The position numbers and the translations under genes were made by a program. Of a stretch of DNA of 64,000 nucleotides, positions 19,948 to 31,134 are shown in pieces (position 1 is the first letter of the stretch; every line of letters starts with the position of its first letter). The notes beneath the pieces were generated by a model, which searched no databases, had not been told where the DNA came from, and worked only from the letters and a program-made list of their open reading frames with translations. Source of the DNA: Candidatus Latescibacterota bacterium (lineage in GTDB: Bacteria > Latescibacterota > UBA2968); NCBI GenBank assembly GCA_965198115.1, contig OZ240241.1, positions 8,224,001-8,288,000 of the forward strand, in the 5' to 3' direction.

Positions 19948-21291
19948 TCAATTGAAGATTCGGTGGTTGAGGAAGGTCCGATGTCCAGCGGCGACACGGA
20001 TTCCCTCCAGTGTTTCGCGCTTGATAACGCGACCGGTTTGACTGACTGCTTCGACGACGATGTCGTGTTCGCCGGGGGGGAGCGACAGCCTGCTGAGGTG
20101 GATGGATCTTGGCAACGAGACCCAGCTGCGGGTGTCGGCCTTTTCAGTGGCTGCGGTGAAGAGGTTGGTCAGCCAGCCGAGGACTTCATTCTTCTTCTTG
20201 ATTCCCTCCGTCGCCGCATATTTGGCCAGTCCTCTGGCGACGGTGCGGGCAAGAACGGTTCCTGCTTTATCGGCCATCGTTGCTCGGGCGATGGCGTCGA
20301 GGTCCTCGACCGCTTCTGACCGTGTTTGCAGTCCGGATGCGCGGACCCGGATGTAGGCAGCGCGGGTCGGAATCGACTCGAGACGTGGCACGGCGACACG
20401 CAACCAGTAGTCCACATCGCGTCGATGCCGGTGCCTACGATGGCGACCGACGACCTGTTGCACGGCATGATTCCGTTTTCCTCGGCGCGAAAGTTTGATG
20501 TCGCTGTCGTAAATGGGTAGATTCAGTTCTTCCTGTGTGCGTCGGGGGGCGAACCCGATCTCGGAGAGCAGGACGAGTTCACCTTCGCTCGACCCGGGAG
20601 TGAAGGCTCCGAGCGGCCCGTCGTCGTCGCCGAATTCGACCGCCACACGACGAAGGTCCTGGTCGAACTGTTCTGGGGGGGTCAGTCCGAACCGGTCTTG
20701 GTAGGTTTCGTAGCCCGCCCGGGCGTGCTTGAGAGAGACGTAAGCGTCGTTCAGCTCACCCGTGGCCTCATACATCAGCGCCGTCAGGTAGTGGATGAAG
20801 GCATCACTCCTGTATGAAACATCCGATCCGTCGCGGCCGGTGTGCTCGGCGAGCTTGAGATTGGCTTTCCGGCACTCCACGAGGGCATCTTCGTAGAGGC
20901 CGAGGTGCCAGTAGTTGAGCGCCCGGTAGTAATGGATGAAGACGAGTTCGAACTCCTCGCCGCGATAGGGTCTCAGTTCGTCGTTGGTCACGAGCGAGGC
21001 GGCTTCCCTCGAGAGGGATCGCGTAAACAGTCGGTCTGCCACGCGTTCGGCCGTTTCGAAATACCGGTTCGACAGGTCGTAGTCACCGCGGGTGTGCTCT
21101 ACGATTCCGTGTTCGAGGTAGAAGAGAAGTCGGTTCGCTCCGCGTGCGGCTTTACCGATCCGCTCCTCGGCCGCGCTGTGGTCCCCGGTGGCCAGAGCAG
21201 CCCGAATGCCGGCCGTGTGCCTTGCATAGGGCGCGCACGCGACGACGGCCAGCGTGGTCAACGAGAGGATCGTGGTGGCGAAGGGCTTCAT
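19948..21291 (-). CDS. COG3014-family TPR-like lipoprotein
   Basis: Lipobox VVA-C; LLFYLEHG, SN.YF..AE, PYRGE.FE, DALVECR, EKADTRSWVSLP; typical lpoB neighbour. Confidence 0.8.
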   Translation of the reverse strand: MKPFATTILSLTTLAVVACAPYARHTAGIRAALATGDHSAAEERIGKAARGANRLLFYLEHGIVEHTRGDYDLSNRYFETAERVADRLFTRSLSREAASLVTNDELRPYRGEEFELVFIHYYRALNYWHLGLYEDALVECRKANLKLAEHTGRDGSDVSYRSDAFIHYLTALMYEATGELNDAYVSLKHARAGYETYQDRFGLTPPEQFDQDLRRVAVEFGDDDGPLGAFTPGSSEGELVLLSEIGFAPRRTQEELNLPIYDSDIKLSRRGKRNHAVQQVVGRHRRHRHRRDVDYWLRVAVPRLESIPTRAAYIRVRASGLQTRSEAVEDLDAIARATMADKAGTVLARTVARGLAKYAATEGIKKKNEVLGWLTNLFTAATEKADTRSWVSLPRSIHLSRLSLPPGEHDIVVEAVSQTGRVIKRETLEGIRVAAGHRTFLNHRIFN

Positions 21292-21439
21292 CCTGCGATC
21301 GAATCTTGCAACTGGCGTGCCAGACCCTTATATTTGACATAAGTCTATTATTATTAAGAATTTGTAAACTTGATCCACACTGTGGGCCTTGTTGTATCCA
21401 TCACACAAGTGTGAATGAGAGTGACAACAGGAAGGACGT

Positions 21440-21802
21440 ATGAAGCGAATTTTGATCGTGGACGACGACCCATCTGTCAGGGACGTTCTAGGCGAGATCG
21501 TCACGACCTACGGCTACGAGGCGCTGGCGTCGGAGTCGGCCAAGGACGCCGTCGCGACGTTGGCGAAAGGGGGGATTCACCTGATCTTCCTGGACATCGC
21601 CATGCCCGAGGTCACGGGCGATCGTCTGCTCGATTTCTTGCGGAAGAAGGGTTTCAAGACGCCGGTCGTCGTGGTATCCGCCCACATCGAGGATGAGGTA
21701 CGCGAACACATGACCGAAATCGGGGTGAGTGGGATGATCGAGAAACCCTTCGAAGTGGCAGATGTGATCGATGAGATGGAGCGCGCACTGACTCGAAAGT
21801 GA
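21440..21802 (+). CDS. Single-domain response regulator receiver (CheY-like)
   Basis: ILIVDDD, LIFLDIAMPEVTG, VVVVSA, EKPF. Confidence 0.9.
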   Translation: MKRILIVDDDPSVRDVLGEIVTTYGYEALASESAKDAVATLAKGGIHLIFLDIAMPEVTGDRLLDFLRKKGFKTPVVVVSAHIEDEVREHMTEIGVSGMIEKPFEVADVIDEMERALTRK

Positions 21803-21827
21803 GGCTTCGATCGATCGATGTCGAAAT

Positions 21828-21859
21828 AAGGGGCGGTCCCGAGTTCGGGACCGCCCCTT
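21828..21859. terminator. Bidirectional terminator hairpin
   Basis: AAGGGGCGGTCCCGA-GT-TCGGGACCGCCCCTT between convergent genes. Confidence 0.8.
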
Positions 21860-21885
21860 TGCGCGTACGGCTATGGGATGATCGA

Positions 21886-23595
21886 CTACACGGTCTTAGG
21901 TATGGCGCGATAGTTTTCGAGAAAGAGGACATCGACCCCGCCGCGGATCAGCTCCTGCACGGCGTCGCGGGGATGGCAGACGATGGGTTCCTCGTGTTTG
22001 TTGAAACTGGTGTTAATACCCAGGCTGAGACCGGATTTGCGCTTGTAGGCCGAGAGGGCGCGGTAGATGTAGGCATTGTCCTTTTCGTTGACGATCTGGG
22101 GACGGGCGGTGCCGTCTTTGTGGACGATTCCGGGAGCCATGTCCTTTCCGAAGTCGGTGACGTCGAAGCAGATCGTCATGAAGCGGGCGGGCAGCCGTCC
22201 CGCCTCGAAATTGTGGAAATAGTGCGGCGCGTCTTCTTCCAGAATGATCGGAGCGAAGGGCATGAACTCCGTCCGATCGAGCCGACTGTTCAGCCAGTGC
22301 ATCATCGTCGGATCGGTCGGTTCTGCGAGGATGGTGCGGTGGCCGAGGGCACGTGGGCCGTACTCCATGCGACCGTTGAACAGGCCGATGACCTGCTTGT
22401 TCACGAGCGCATCGCTGATGGCCTCGGCCGGGTCGTCGAGCCGAGTCCACTCCACAGGAAACTGCTGGAGCGCGGAGACGATGTCCTTCTCTGTCGCCGC
22501 GTTACCCCAGCAGGCTTCCGTGATGGCCTCCGGCTGGAGATCGGTCGACCGGGCCGTCACGTCGAGGGCGCTGCCCAGGGCGACTCCGCCGTCCCCCATG
22601 TGTGGGTGGACGAAGACTTCGTCGACGCCGTCAAGTTCGAGGATTTTCTGGTTCAGGCGGACGTTCGCGAACGTCCCGCCGGCCAGCGCGACGCGCCGGA
22701 GACCGGTGCGCTCGACGGCCGCCGCGATGACACCGCACATGCTGTCTTCGAGTACCTTTTGCGCGCCGTAGGCAATCTGCTCGATCGAGAATCGATCGAG
22801 TGAGTTGCGGAGTTGATCGTGCGCATCGCGGAACAGGAGATGCTTTCGGTTCGTGAAGCTGAGTTTTCTTGCGTTGTGGCCGTAGAACTCGCCGAGAACA
22901 CGGTGTGCTTCTTCGCAAGGCTGGTAGGCGGCGAGACCGGTGATCTTTCCGCCGTGTTTGATCGGGTTGAAGCCGCAGATGTAGGTGATCAGGAACCAGA
23001 AATTGCCCGGTGAATGGACGCGGGGCCATTCGACGACGGGCTGGAGCAGGCCGTTGGTTCCGGTGTAGACACTGCCAGCCAGTCCATCTCCCCCGCCATC
23101 GGCGGTGATGATGGTGGCATTTTCGAAGCCCGATGTGTAGTAGGCCGATGCAGCGTGGGCACGGTGGTGATCGACGTATTCGACGTCTGCGTGGATGTCG
23201 TAGTCGCGAAGGGACTTTTGAAGCGTCTGTTTGTTCTTGCTGACGAGGCTCAGCACCTGCCGTGATGCCTGAACGAACGTACGTGTCGCCGTAACCGGTC
23301 CGAACAGACGCGTACTGCCCGCAAAAATCCGCTGGAGCAACGTCGTATCGTTGATGTCGGTGTAGATCGGGTAATTTTCGGTCTCGACCATGGCCTGGAA
23401 GCCGACGCTCACACGATCGATGTCGTCAGGTGAGACACCGGTCGTGGCGAAGAGATTCCTAAGAGCCAGGTAGGGGAACCCGAAGTGGAGCTTGTTGCGG
23501 GCGAATCGCTCCTCGTTGGCGGCGTAGATCGGTTTGCCGTCGGCGGTCAGCGAGACACCGGCGTCTTTGCCATCGTGAATTCCCAGGACATTCAT
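21886..23595 (-). CDS. Carbamoyltransferase, NodU/CmcH family
   Basis: LGIHDG.DA, EERF.R.K, DHHRAHAASAYY, DGGGD, GKITGLAAY, AGGTFANV..N, MGDGG, EYGPRALG.R, MPFAP, NTSFN.HEEPIV. Confidence 0.93.
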   Translation of the reverse strand: MNVLGIHDGKDAGVSLTADGKPIYAANEERFARNKLHFGFPYLALRNLFATTGVSPDDIDRVSVGFQAMVETENYPIYTDINDTTLLQRIFAGSTRLFGPVTATRTFVQASRQVLSLVSKNKQTLQKSLRDYDIHADVEYVDHHRAHAASAYYTSGFENATIITADGGGDGLAGSVYTGTNGLLQPVVEWPRVHSPGNFWFLITYICGFNPIKHGGKITGLAAYQPCEEAHRVLGEFYGHNARKLSFTNRKHLLFRDAHDQLRNSLDRFSIEQIAYGAQKVLEDSMCGVIAAAVERTGLRRVALAGGTFANVRLNQKILELDGVDEVFVHPHMGDGGVALGSALDVTARSTDLQPEAITEACWGNAATEKDIVSALQQFPVEWTRLDDPAEAISDALVNKQVIGLFNGRMEYGPRALGHRTILAEPTDPTMMHWLNSRLDRTEFMPFAPIILEEDAPHYFHNFEAGRLPARFMTICFDVTDFGKDMAPGIVHKDGTARPQIVNEKDNAYIYRALSAYKRKSGLSLGINTSFNKHEEPIVCHPRDAVQELIRGGVDVLFLENYRAIPKTV

Positions 23596-23607
23596 GGGGT
23601 TACCCTC

Positions 23608-25267
23608 TCAAGAAACGATCGGTTCGTAGGTCACTTCGTAGAGCAGACCGACGAACGACAGCCGACTTCGGTAGATGAATCGATCATACACGCTGTTGGT
23701 GAGTCCGTCATATATCGCGACGGGGCGGATTCCGACTTTGAGCTGGCCGTTAACGGGCTTCTCGAACGACACGGCGGTTTGGATCTCGCGAATGCCGTCG
23801 TCGTACCGAGGTCGGTCCACGTTCTGTTCGGATTGAACGAGCACGTAGAGCAGTCGTGTCTGTTCCACCTCCGACGTGTGGTAGGGCCCGTTGTGGTAGT
23901 GGTTGGTGTCGATGCGATCACGGTTGTAGCCGTAGTCGAATCCGAGGACGACGACGTCCGCCTGTTGAATGGTTCCCGCGATGGCGGCACGCGCCCTGTC
24001 GTAGGCGACGATGGCCTGTCCGAGGGTTTCCCGCTGGTAGCGATGGCCCTCCGATTGGGCCGCTCCGTGACAGAGGAGCAGGCCGACGATGGCGAAAACG
24101 GCGTAGCTTCGCTTTTCACGGCCGAGCCGGTTGATCAGGTCAACCATCGCTCCGGCGAGAAGCATGCTGGCCGGAACGAGGGCCACGACGGCATAGCGCG
24201 CCATGAAACCGTGCGGCAACCGGGGGTAGGCGCTGTAGGTGGCGACGGTCGCCAACAGCCAGACCCAGAGGAGTCCAGTGAGAGGGCGTATCCGACGGTC
24301 GTCGGTACGCAGCCACCAGGCGATGGCCAGGAGACCCGGCCAGAGGAGCCACGGCGACAGATTGGCCATCAGACTGTGGGGCACGACACCATCGCCCGTG
24401 CCCGGAAACGCGTGCCAGTTTCCGATCAGGAGTGTGCTCAACGTTTCGAGATTGGCGGGCCGCCACATCCAGCCCTGCGATCGATCCTCCGAGAACGGCG
24501 CGAACGGGGGAATCGGATCGTCGAAGAGTGTGAAGAGCGGAACGACGGTCAGTGCGACGCACCCCAGCGCGGGTAGCCACTCGAAAAAGCGGTCTCGGCG
24601 CCAGATGGCCAGGTAGGTGGCGAGCACGAACGGGAGTATTTTCGCGCTTCCTTTAGTCCGATGCGCCAGGATGAGCAGCACGGCCACGAGCACCTGATGT
24701 CCTGCCGTTCCCCAACGCCCCGACCGATCGCCATCGCTCGCAACGGCTCGCCAGAAGACCCACACGGCTGCGATGGACAGGATCTGCGCGACGAGCTCGA
24801 AATCGGAAACCCACATGGCACTCGCAAAAGTCGCCGTGGACAGTCCGAAGATGGCGGACGCCAGGATGCCGGTCTGCGGTCGTTCTCGGGCAAGACGGAG
24901 GAAACCGGCGATTCCGGCCGAGACCATCCCCGCGAAGAGGCATTTGGATGCGTAGAATGCGGGTGCGTGTTTCGCCGAAGAGGGCGAGCAGCATTTTCGT
25001 GCCGAGGACCTGGCCCGGTCTGAACTGAAAACCCCAGTCGTGGGGGACGGGGCGAAGCAGGTCGAGGGAGACGGCCAACCACGATGTCGATCGGGCCTGG
25101 TTGATCCAGTCGTAGTCATTGTCGAAGAAGCGAAAGCCCTGCAGGTAGAAGAGCAGATACAGCGCGGTCAGACCGCAACACGCGGTCAGCGTCACGAGTG
25201 TCCGGACGTCCAGCCTTGTTGGAGAAGGTTGGTCGGAGGCGACTGTATAGGTCTGTGTCAGATCCAT
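23608..25267 (-). CDS. Multi-TM membrane protein, GT-C (ArnT/PMT-like) candidate; frameshift at ~24960
   Basis: ORFs 24653..25300 (TM then FFDNDYDWI, FRPG) and 23608..25119 (TMs, HRTKGSA, ARYAVV) join into one polytopic protein. Confidence 0.55.
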
Positions 25268-25269
25268 TA

Positions 25270-26070
25270 TCACGGTTTTTCCGCGGTGAGCACGATCCAT
25301 CCAGAGCCGACCATCAGTCTTCCCAAGGATGTGCGCGGGTCGTAGGTACTGGGTTTCAGCAGTCGGTCCCAGATTCCGTCGCGGAGTTCGAGAGGTTGGC
25401 CCAGTCTACGGAGCTTCCCGAAGCCGGCGTCTGTCAGGAGACGGCGGGCGCTCGACTCCGTGTAGTGAAACTGAAACGGCACGTAGACATAGTCGAGGAG
25501 GTTGCTCGTGACGGCACCACCCACTGTCCATACGCCCACGGTCTTCGCGATCGAATAGGGTAGCCATCGACCGACGAGGCGCCCGATCGCGGCGGCCGAA
25601 TAGAGGATTCCGCCGCGTCCATACAGCGAGATGTAGAGCTGTCCGCCCGGCTTCAGGCAACGATACATTTCCGCCACCGCCCTGGACGGGTCGGCCGTGT
25701 GGTGGGCGACGCCGCTGCAGTGGATGAAGTCGAACCGGTTCGGGTCGAACGGCAAGTCGAGCAGGTTGGCCGTTCGATACATAACCCAGGGATCGAGGTC
25801 AGGGTTATCACGCTGCGCGTTTTTGATGTTCGTTTCTGACAGGTCGACGGCGACGATGTCGCGCGACCCCATTCGGTAGAGTCCCTCGAGCGCTCGCCCG
25901 CGGCCACCCGTCCCCGCGTCGAGCACAGACTTCCCCGCGAGAAAATCATCCGCGACGCCAAGATGGGCCGCCGTCAGCACGCGATCCCGACTCGCCTGGA
26001 CATAGTCATCGGCGGGCAATCTATGGATGTCGCCGAATAGTTCGTCGGTTCGGCGTTCCTGCACCGTCAC
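25270..26070 (-). CDS. Class I SAM-dependent methyltransferase
   Basis: VLDAGTGGRG, AVDLS, LPFD..RFDFIHCSGVAHH, RCLKPGG; GTG overlaps upstream stop. Confidence 0.85.
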   Translation of the reverse strand: MTVQERRTDELFGDIHRLPADDYVQASRDRVLTAAHLGVADDFLAGKSVLDAGTGGRGRALEGLYRMGSRDIVAVDLSETNIKNAQRDNPDLDPWVMYRTANLLDLPFDPNRFDFIHCSGVAHHTADPSRAVAEMYRCLKPGGQLYISLYGRGGILYSAAAIGRLVGRWLPYSIAKTVGVWTVGGAVTSNLLDYVYVPFQFHYTESSARRLLTDAGFGKLRRLGQPLELRDGIWDRLLKPSTYDPRTSLGRLMVGSGWIVLTAEKP

Positions 26071-27256
26071 GGACACGACACGATTCCCTTTGCCGCACGA
26101 TCGAGGACGCCGAAGTATCGGTCGGCCATGGAGGGCCAATCCAGCCCTTCGAACCCCCTGAGCGCCTCGCGTACTCGATCTTCTCTCAATCGGCGATCCT
26201 CGTAGAGCTCGACGATCCGATCGGACAGCTCGGCCGGGTTGTCGTGACGGTAGTAGCCGACCTGGGTGTCGTCGAAATAGGACTCGACCGTGCCCACGCG
26301 GAACACGACCGACGGGAGCCCTACGGCCACATACTCGAGCAGCCTCACGGGGAGCATCACCTTGTCTACGAAGGCGTCCTTTCGGGTACGATGCCGACAT
26401 CGGCCCGGCTGATGAGGCCGGGAACCTGTTCGACGGGAACGCGATCGTGGAAACGGACGCGGCCTTCGAGTCCCATTTGGATTGTCTTCTGTTTGATTTC
26501 GTCGAGGTAGGCTTCCTCGCCGTCTCCGTATATGTCCAATTCGACGTACGGAATCCTGCGGCTGGCGAGGCGGACGCCCTCGAGTGCGGTCTCGAAGCTG
26601 TATCGTCGGAGGATCTGGCCGTGGTGGAACAGACGGAACGACCCGTTGACCGAACACGCTCTGGATCCCCGGTATTTGAAGTAGCGGGGATCGGGCGCGT
26701 TCATGACGACCTCCAACTTATGAGCTATGGGATTTCGCGTGAGGAAGAGGTCGCGGATGTTTCGGTTGACGGTCAGGACGTAGTCCGCGAACGCCAGGCT
26801 CGCCTGCTCGACGATGACCAGAAATCGAAAGGCGAGAGATTTCTCGTCGATTCCGTAAAGGGACTGAAACAGCTCGGGGGTCACGTCGTGCATGTCGAGT
26901 ACTATCCGGCTACCCAGAATCTTGGGTACCGCGGCGGTAAACACGAGGAAATCCGGAAGGTTGTGGACCTGCACGACCGGATGTCGATGGCGTGCGTAGA
27001 GACGAGTCAACTGCACTGCAGCGAGCAGAAAGAAAGAGAAGTATTCGATGAGATATCCGCCCACGCCCTGTCCACGGCGATGCCGGACGGGAAGTCGATA
27101 GACGGATGCGTTTCCGATCTGTTCAAACGCTGTTTCTCCCACATCCTGCAGACAAACGAGGTCGACAGTATCGCCGCGGTCGGCGAGCGCCTCCACCTGC
27201 CGCCGTACCCGTACGTCGTGCGGGTAGTAGGCGTGGACGACCATGACTAGTCTCAT
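26067..27256 (-). CDS. Glycosyltransferase family 4; frameshift at ~26385
   Basis: YPHDVRVRRQVEAL, VQVHNLPDFL, LDMHD..PEL, ADVGIVP then MLPVRLLEYVAVGLPSV in ORF 26067..26657. Confidence 0.85.
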
Positions 27257-29366
27257 CGTTCGGCCTCCAGCACCCGTCGATACACGCGTTCGACGCGATC
27301 GGCCACACGATCGCTGGCAAGGTCTGCCACGGCAGTGCGGCCGTTCGAGCGTTGTCCATCTTCCAGGACGGAGGCGATCGCCGACGCGATCGCCTCGGGG
27401 GCGTCTCCCGTGACGTGGCAGTTGGTCGAGGTTCCAATCACCTTCCGCACGTCGCCCACATCGGTGGAGACTACGGGTAAATTGCAGGCGAGTGCCTCCT
27501 TGACCACGTTTGGGGACCCCTCGTGCGAGGATGTCAGGAGAAGCAGATCCGCCGCGTTGTAATAGTCGGGAATCTCGTCCTGGGGCCGGTTGAACACGAC
27601 GAGCGGCTCGATCAGGTGACCCATAGTCCCCGCCCGTTGTAGCGCGTGTCGTGCGAGCTCAAACCGCTTCTCGGGTCGGGCGGGATTGGTGGGGAAGAGT
27701 GCGTAGCGGATCGCTCCGTGCAGCCCGAGTCTGTTCCTGGCTTCTCTTCTGTCGGTCGGGCAGAAGTGTCCCATATCTATGCCGTTGGGAATGATTTCCG
27801 CTTCCTCGTGCAGGAGCTCTGCCAGAAACTCGGACTTCACGATGCGAGCGTCTGCCCTGCGGGACACCCAGCGAGAGATAGGTCTGATGCGAGGCTTCAC
27901 GAGGTCCGTTCCGCAGAAGGACACGACCGTGGGAATGTGGCTCTGCAACACCGCGGGCACTCCGTTGTAGCCGAAGTGGGCGTGGATCAGGTCGTAGTCG
28001 CCCGATCTTGCACGCCGACGGACTTCGCTGATGCCACAGAGGAGTTCCCATTTCGATGCGCGAACGTCGAGGAAGAGCACGTCGATGTGATGACCCCGCT
28101 TCCGGAGGGATTCTACCTGTGAGTCGACGAAAACTCCGAGTTCGGGTTCCTGCTTCGTGGGAAAGATGCTCGTGACGACCAGAACGCGTAGTCCCGTTCT
28201 GTCGTCCTCGGGAATCGAAGATGTCGCGACGGACGCCGGCTGTTCGAGCAATCGCTCGTAGAGGCGTTGGGTCGAGTCGACCATCGTCGTGAGTCCGAAC
28301 GCGACCGTGCCTTGATCTGTCCGAGGTCGCCCATCACACTGGCTCGAGGGGGATTCGCCATCAGCTCGAGGACGCGTCGGGCCATCTCCCCGTAGTCCCC
28401 CGGTCGCACGAGGTAACCGTGCTCCCCATCGCCGATGAGCTCCGGGACGCCACCGACTTCCGTCGAGACAACGGGGATGCCCAGGAACATGGATTCGAGG
28501 ATCGCGTTGGGGAAACCTTCGGTGATGGATGAGAGCAAGGAGATCTCACAGAGCGCGAGCACGTCCTGTGGATCGGGTCGGAAGCCGAGGAAACAGACTC
28601 GATCGGCGATGCCCAGCCCCTGGGACAGGTTCTTCAGGCGGGCGCCATAGTCCTCGAAGCCGCCCCCGATGATCAAGAGCACTGTTTCGGGCTGTTTCTG
28701 GAGGATGAGCGCAAATGCGCGTAGCATCGTTTCCAGATCCTTCTTCGGATCCAGCCTGGCGATCGACCCGAGCAGTCTCTGATCGGCTCCGACGCCCAGT
28801 TCGGCGCGAAGAGCCGTCTGTCGGGCGTTGTCGGGGGACTGAATCGTTTCCGTCCCGTTGTGGATGACTTCCGAGTCCGTCCATCCGAAGCGTGCGGCTC
28901 GGTCTGAGACCGCCCGAGCGTTGACCGTCCTCGCATCGGCAAACTGCCCGATCAGGATGTTCATGGTCCAGTGTTCGAGACGCTTGAGCCAGCTGTGTTG
29001 CGGGTCGATTCCGAGGCCGCGCTGGGCGGCGATGACGTATGGCACGCCGGCAAGACGGGCGGCCCAACCTCCGAAGAGGTTCGAGATGTAGAGGTAGGTG
29101 TGGCAGATCGTGGGGTTGATGCTCCGGATGCACTCGATGGTCCGGGCCATCGCTCTTACATCCAGCAGGTGGCGGCGCCCGATGACGTGTACGCTTCGTG
29201 CTGCCCGGCGATAGTCGGGCAGCAGACTCCCCTCGCCATCCAGACAGATTACGTGCGGAACGTATCGCCGTCGGTCCAGTCCCTGAATCAGCTTCAGCAG
29301 CTGGTGCTCGGTTCCGCCGATTTCCGCACGCGGAATGATGTAGAGGATGTCGATCGGGTTGTGCAT
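27253..29366 (-). CDS. Probable tandem GT4-GT4 fusion glycosyltransferase; frameshift at ~28295
   Basis: First domain (IGGTE, EGFPNAILE) lacks its last helix, which lies at the start of ORF 27253..28284 (FGLTTMVDSTQRLYERLL) followed by a linker and second GT4 (EGSPNVVKEA). Confidence 0.7.
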
Positions 29367-29370
29367 CGAT

Positions 29371-30243
29371 TCAGATTTTCTTGTTGATCATGTCGGCGAT
29401 CAGGCCGAGGGCAACGGTTTGGCACGAGCCCAGCAGCAGGAAAATCGATGTCTCTGCGAGGCCGCCCGTGTAAATGATCTCGTGCCCCATCTTGGCGACG
29501 CCCGACGTGAACAAAGCCGCGCTGAGGGGCATGAAGACCCGCAACGGGTTGAAGTAGACGGTCGTCCGCACGATGAGCATGGCGAAGTTGTAGGTGTCCT
29601 TGATCGGGCGAATCTTCGACTTTCCCGTCCGCTCGAAATACTCGATCGGGATATACTTGACGCGGAAGCCGTTCGTCAGCGACGAGAGTGTGATGGTCGT
29701 CGTGAAGGAGAAGCCCTGCGGCAGGATCTTGAAAAAACGCTCGGCGAGACTCTTGCGGAACACGCGCAGACCCGAGTTGTAGTCGGGGATCTTCGTCTCG
29801 GCGAGGTAGTTCGCCAGCTGTGCGAGTGCCCACTTTGCGGGTCGTCTGATGAGCGGGATCTTGGCTGCGCTGCCGACGCGCGCTCCGACCACCATATCGT
29901 GATCGTTGGCGTAACGAAGTAGGTCGGGGATCCGGTCGGCGGGATACGTGCTGTCGGCGTCGGTGATGACGATCCAGTCCCCCTTCGCGGAGCGGATGCC
30001 GGTCTTCAGTCCCGCGCCGTAGCCCTGGTTGGTGTCGTGCCGGACTACGCGTGCCCCCGTGGTTCGGACGCGTTCCGACGTTTTGTCGGTCGATCCGTCG
30101 TCGACGACGATGACCTCGTAGTCGTAGTTCGACTTTTCCATGACATCCTGGACCCAGCTGACCGAATCCACGATGCCGTCTTCTTCGTTGTAAGCCGGAA
30201 TGACGATGCTGATCAGCCCGAGATCGGTCTGTTTCTTCGACAG
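29371..30243 (-). CDS. Glycosyltransferase family 2 (DPM/polyprenol-phosphate sugar synthase-like)
   Basis: ISIVIPAYNEE upstream of the track start, VVDDGSTD, NQGYGAGLK.G, DAD, two C-terminal TMs; start codon uncertain (CTG). Confidence 0.85.
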   Translation of the reverse strand: MSKKQTDLGLISIVIPAYNEEDGIVDSVSWVQDVMEKSNYDYEVIVVDDGSTDKTSERVRTTGARVVRHDTNQGYGAGLKTGIRSAKGDWIVITDADSTYPADRIPDLLRYANDHDMVVGARVGSAAKIPLIRRPAKWALAQLANYLAETKIPDYNSGLRVFRKSLAERFFKILPQGFSFTTTITLSSLTNGFRVKYIPIEYFERTGKSKIRPIKDTYNFAMLIVRTTVYFNPLRVFMPLSAALFTSGVAKMGHEIIYTGGLAETSIFLLLGSCQTVALGLIADMINKKI

Positions 30244-30258
30244 ATCCAGTCCTGAGGG

Positions 30259-31134
30259 TCAGAGTCGTTTCGTCGCTTTCAGTATGCACGTCCATCCTGT
30301 TTTCTCCAGTCGTCTGTGAATGGCGGATTCCCTGAGCGTCTCGTCTTCAGGTTGCGGCGGATGAGGAATGCGTGACTCGATCAGGCGCGAAAATTCTGTG
30401 TTCCATCTGAATCCATTCAAGATTCCCAACCCGAACGTGTGATACCCGGGGACATCGACGTTAAACCCCAGCGTGTTCATCTGCTCGATGATGACGGCGG
30501 GGTTCAGCCGATGCCTTCGGTGCGAGAAGTAGGCGCGGTCTTGCCTTCCCAGTCCTCGTTTGACGAAGCGTCGTACCGAAGAGGGGAGAACCGTCTGCGT
30601 GATCGTATTCTTGATCCCCTTAACCGCATCATCGATCAGGATGAAAGGGGACTCGGCGTTGGGCATGGACAGTACGAGCTTTCCGCCAGGTTTCAGAACG
30701 CGGTGGCATTCCGTGATCAGGTCTTCCGGGTGATTTACGTATTCGATCAAGCCCACACTGACGACTCCATCGATCGTGTTCGATCCGATCGGAACGTCGA
30801 CTGCATCGGCGGAGACGAGCGACAGATCGACCGCTTCGTCGAGGGCCGATCGGTGTGCTCGATGGAGCATGGCCGTTGAGAAATCGGCTCCGATGACGTG
30901 GCGGTCAGACCGAACCAAGCGGGTCGCGATGTTTCCAGCACCACAACCGAGTTCGAGCAGCTTGCCGCTGACGTCTTCGAGCAGGGTCAGCACACGCTCA
31001 CGGCGTGCGGCGACGTTGTGCGCGTAGATCGACCGATCGCTTCGGTCATACAGTTGCTGCCAGTTTTCCGCTTCGGCCGAGAACCGGTCTCGGACAATCG
31101 CCGAGTGGGCCGCGCTTTGGGCGGTTACGCTCAC
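30259..31134 (-). CDS. Class I SAM-dependent methyltransferase
   Basis: LLELGCGAG, GADFS, VSVGLIEY, RVLKPGG; GTG overlapping upstream TGA. Confidence 0.85.
   Translation of the reverse strand: MSVTAQSAAHSAIVRDRFSAEAENWQQLYDRSDRSIYAHNVAARRERVLTLLEDVSGKLLELGCGAGNIATRLVRSDRHVIGADFSTAMLHRAHRSALDEAVDLSLVSADAVDVPIGSNTIDGVVSVGLIEYVNHPEDLITECHRVLKPGGKLVLSMPNAESPFILIDDAVKGIKNTITQTVLPSSVRRFVKRGLGRQDRAYFSHRRHRLNPAVIIEQMNTLGFNVDVPGYHTFGLGILNGFRWNTEFSRLIESRIPHPPQPEDETLRESAIHRRLEKTGWTCILKATKRL

Noticed and set aside
21332-21359. dif site (ATTTGACATAA resembles a XerD arm in reverse)
   Set aside because: The second arm after a 6-bp spacer does not match XerC consensus; TTGACA may simply be a -35 box.
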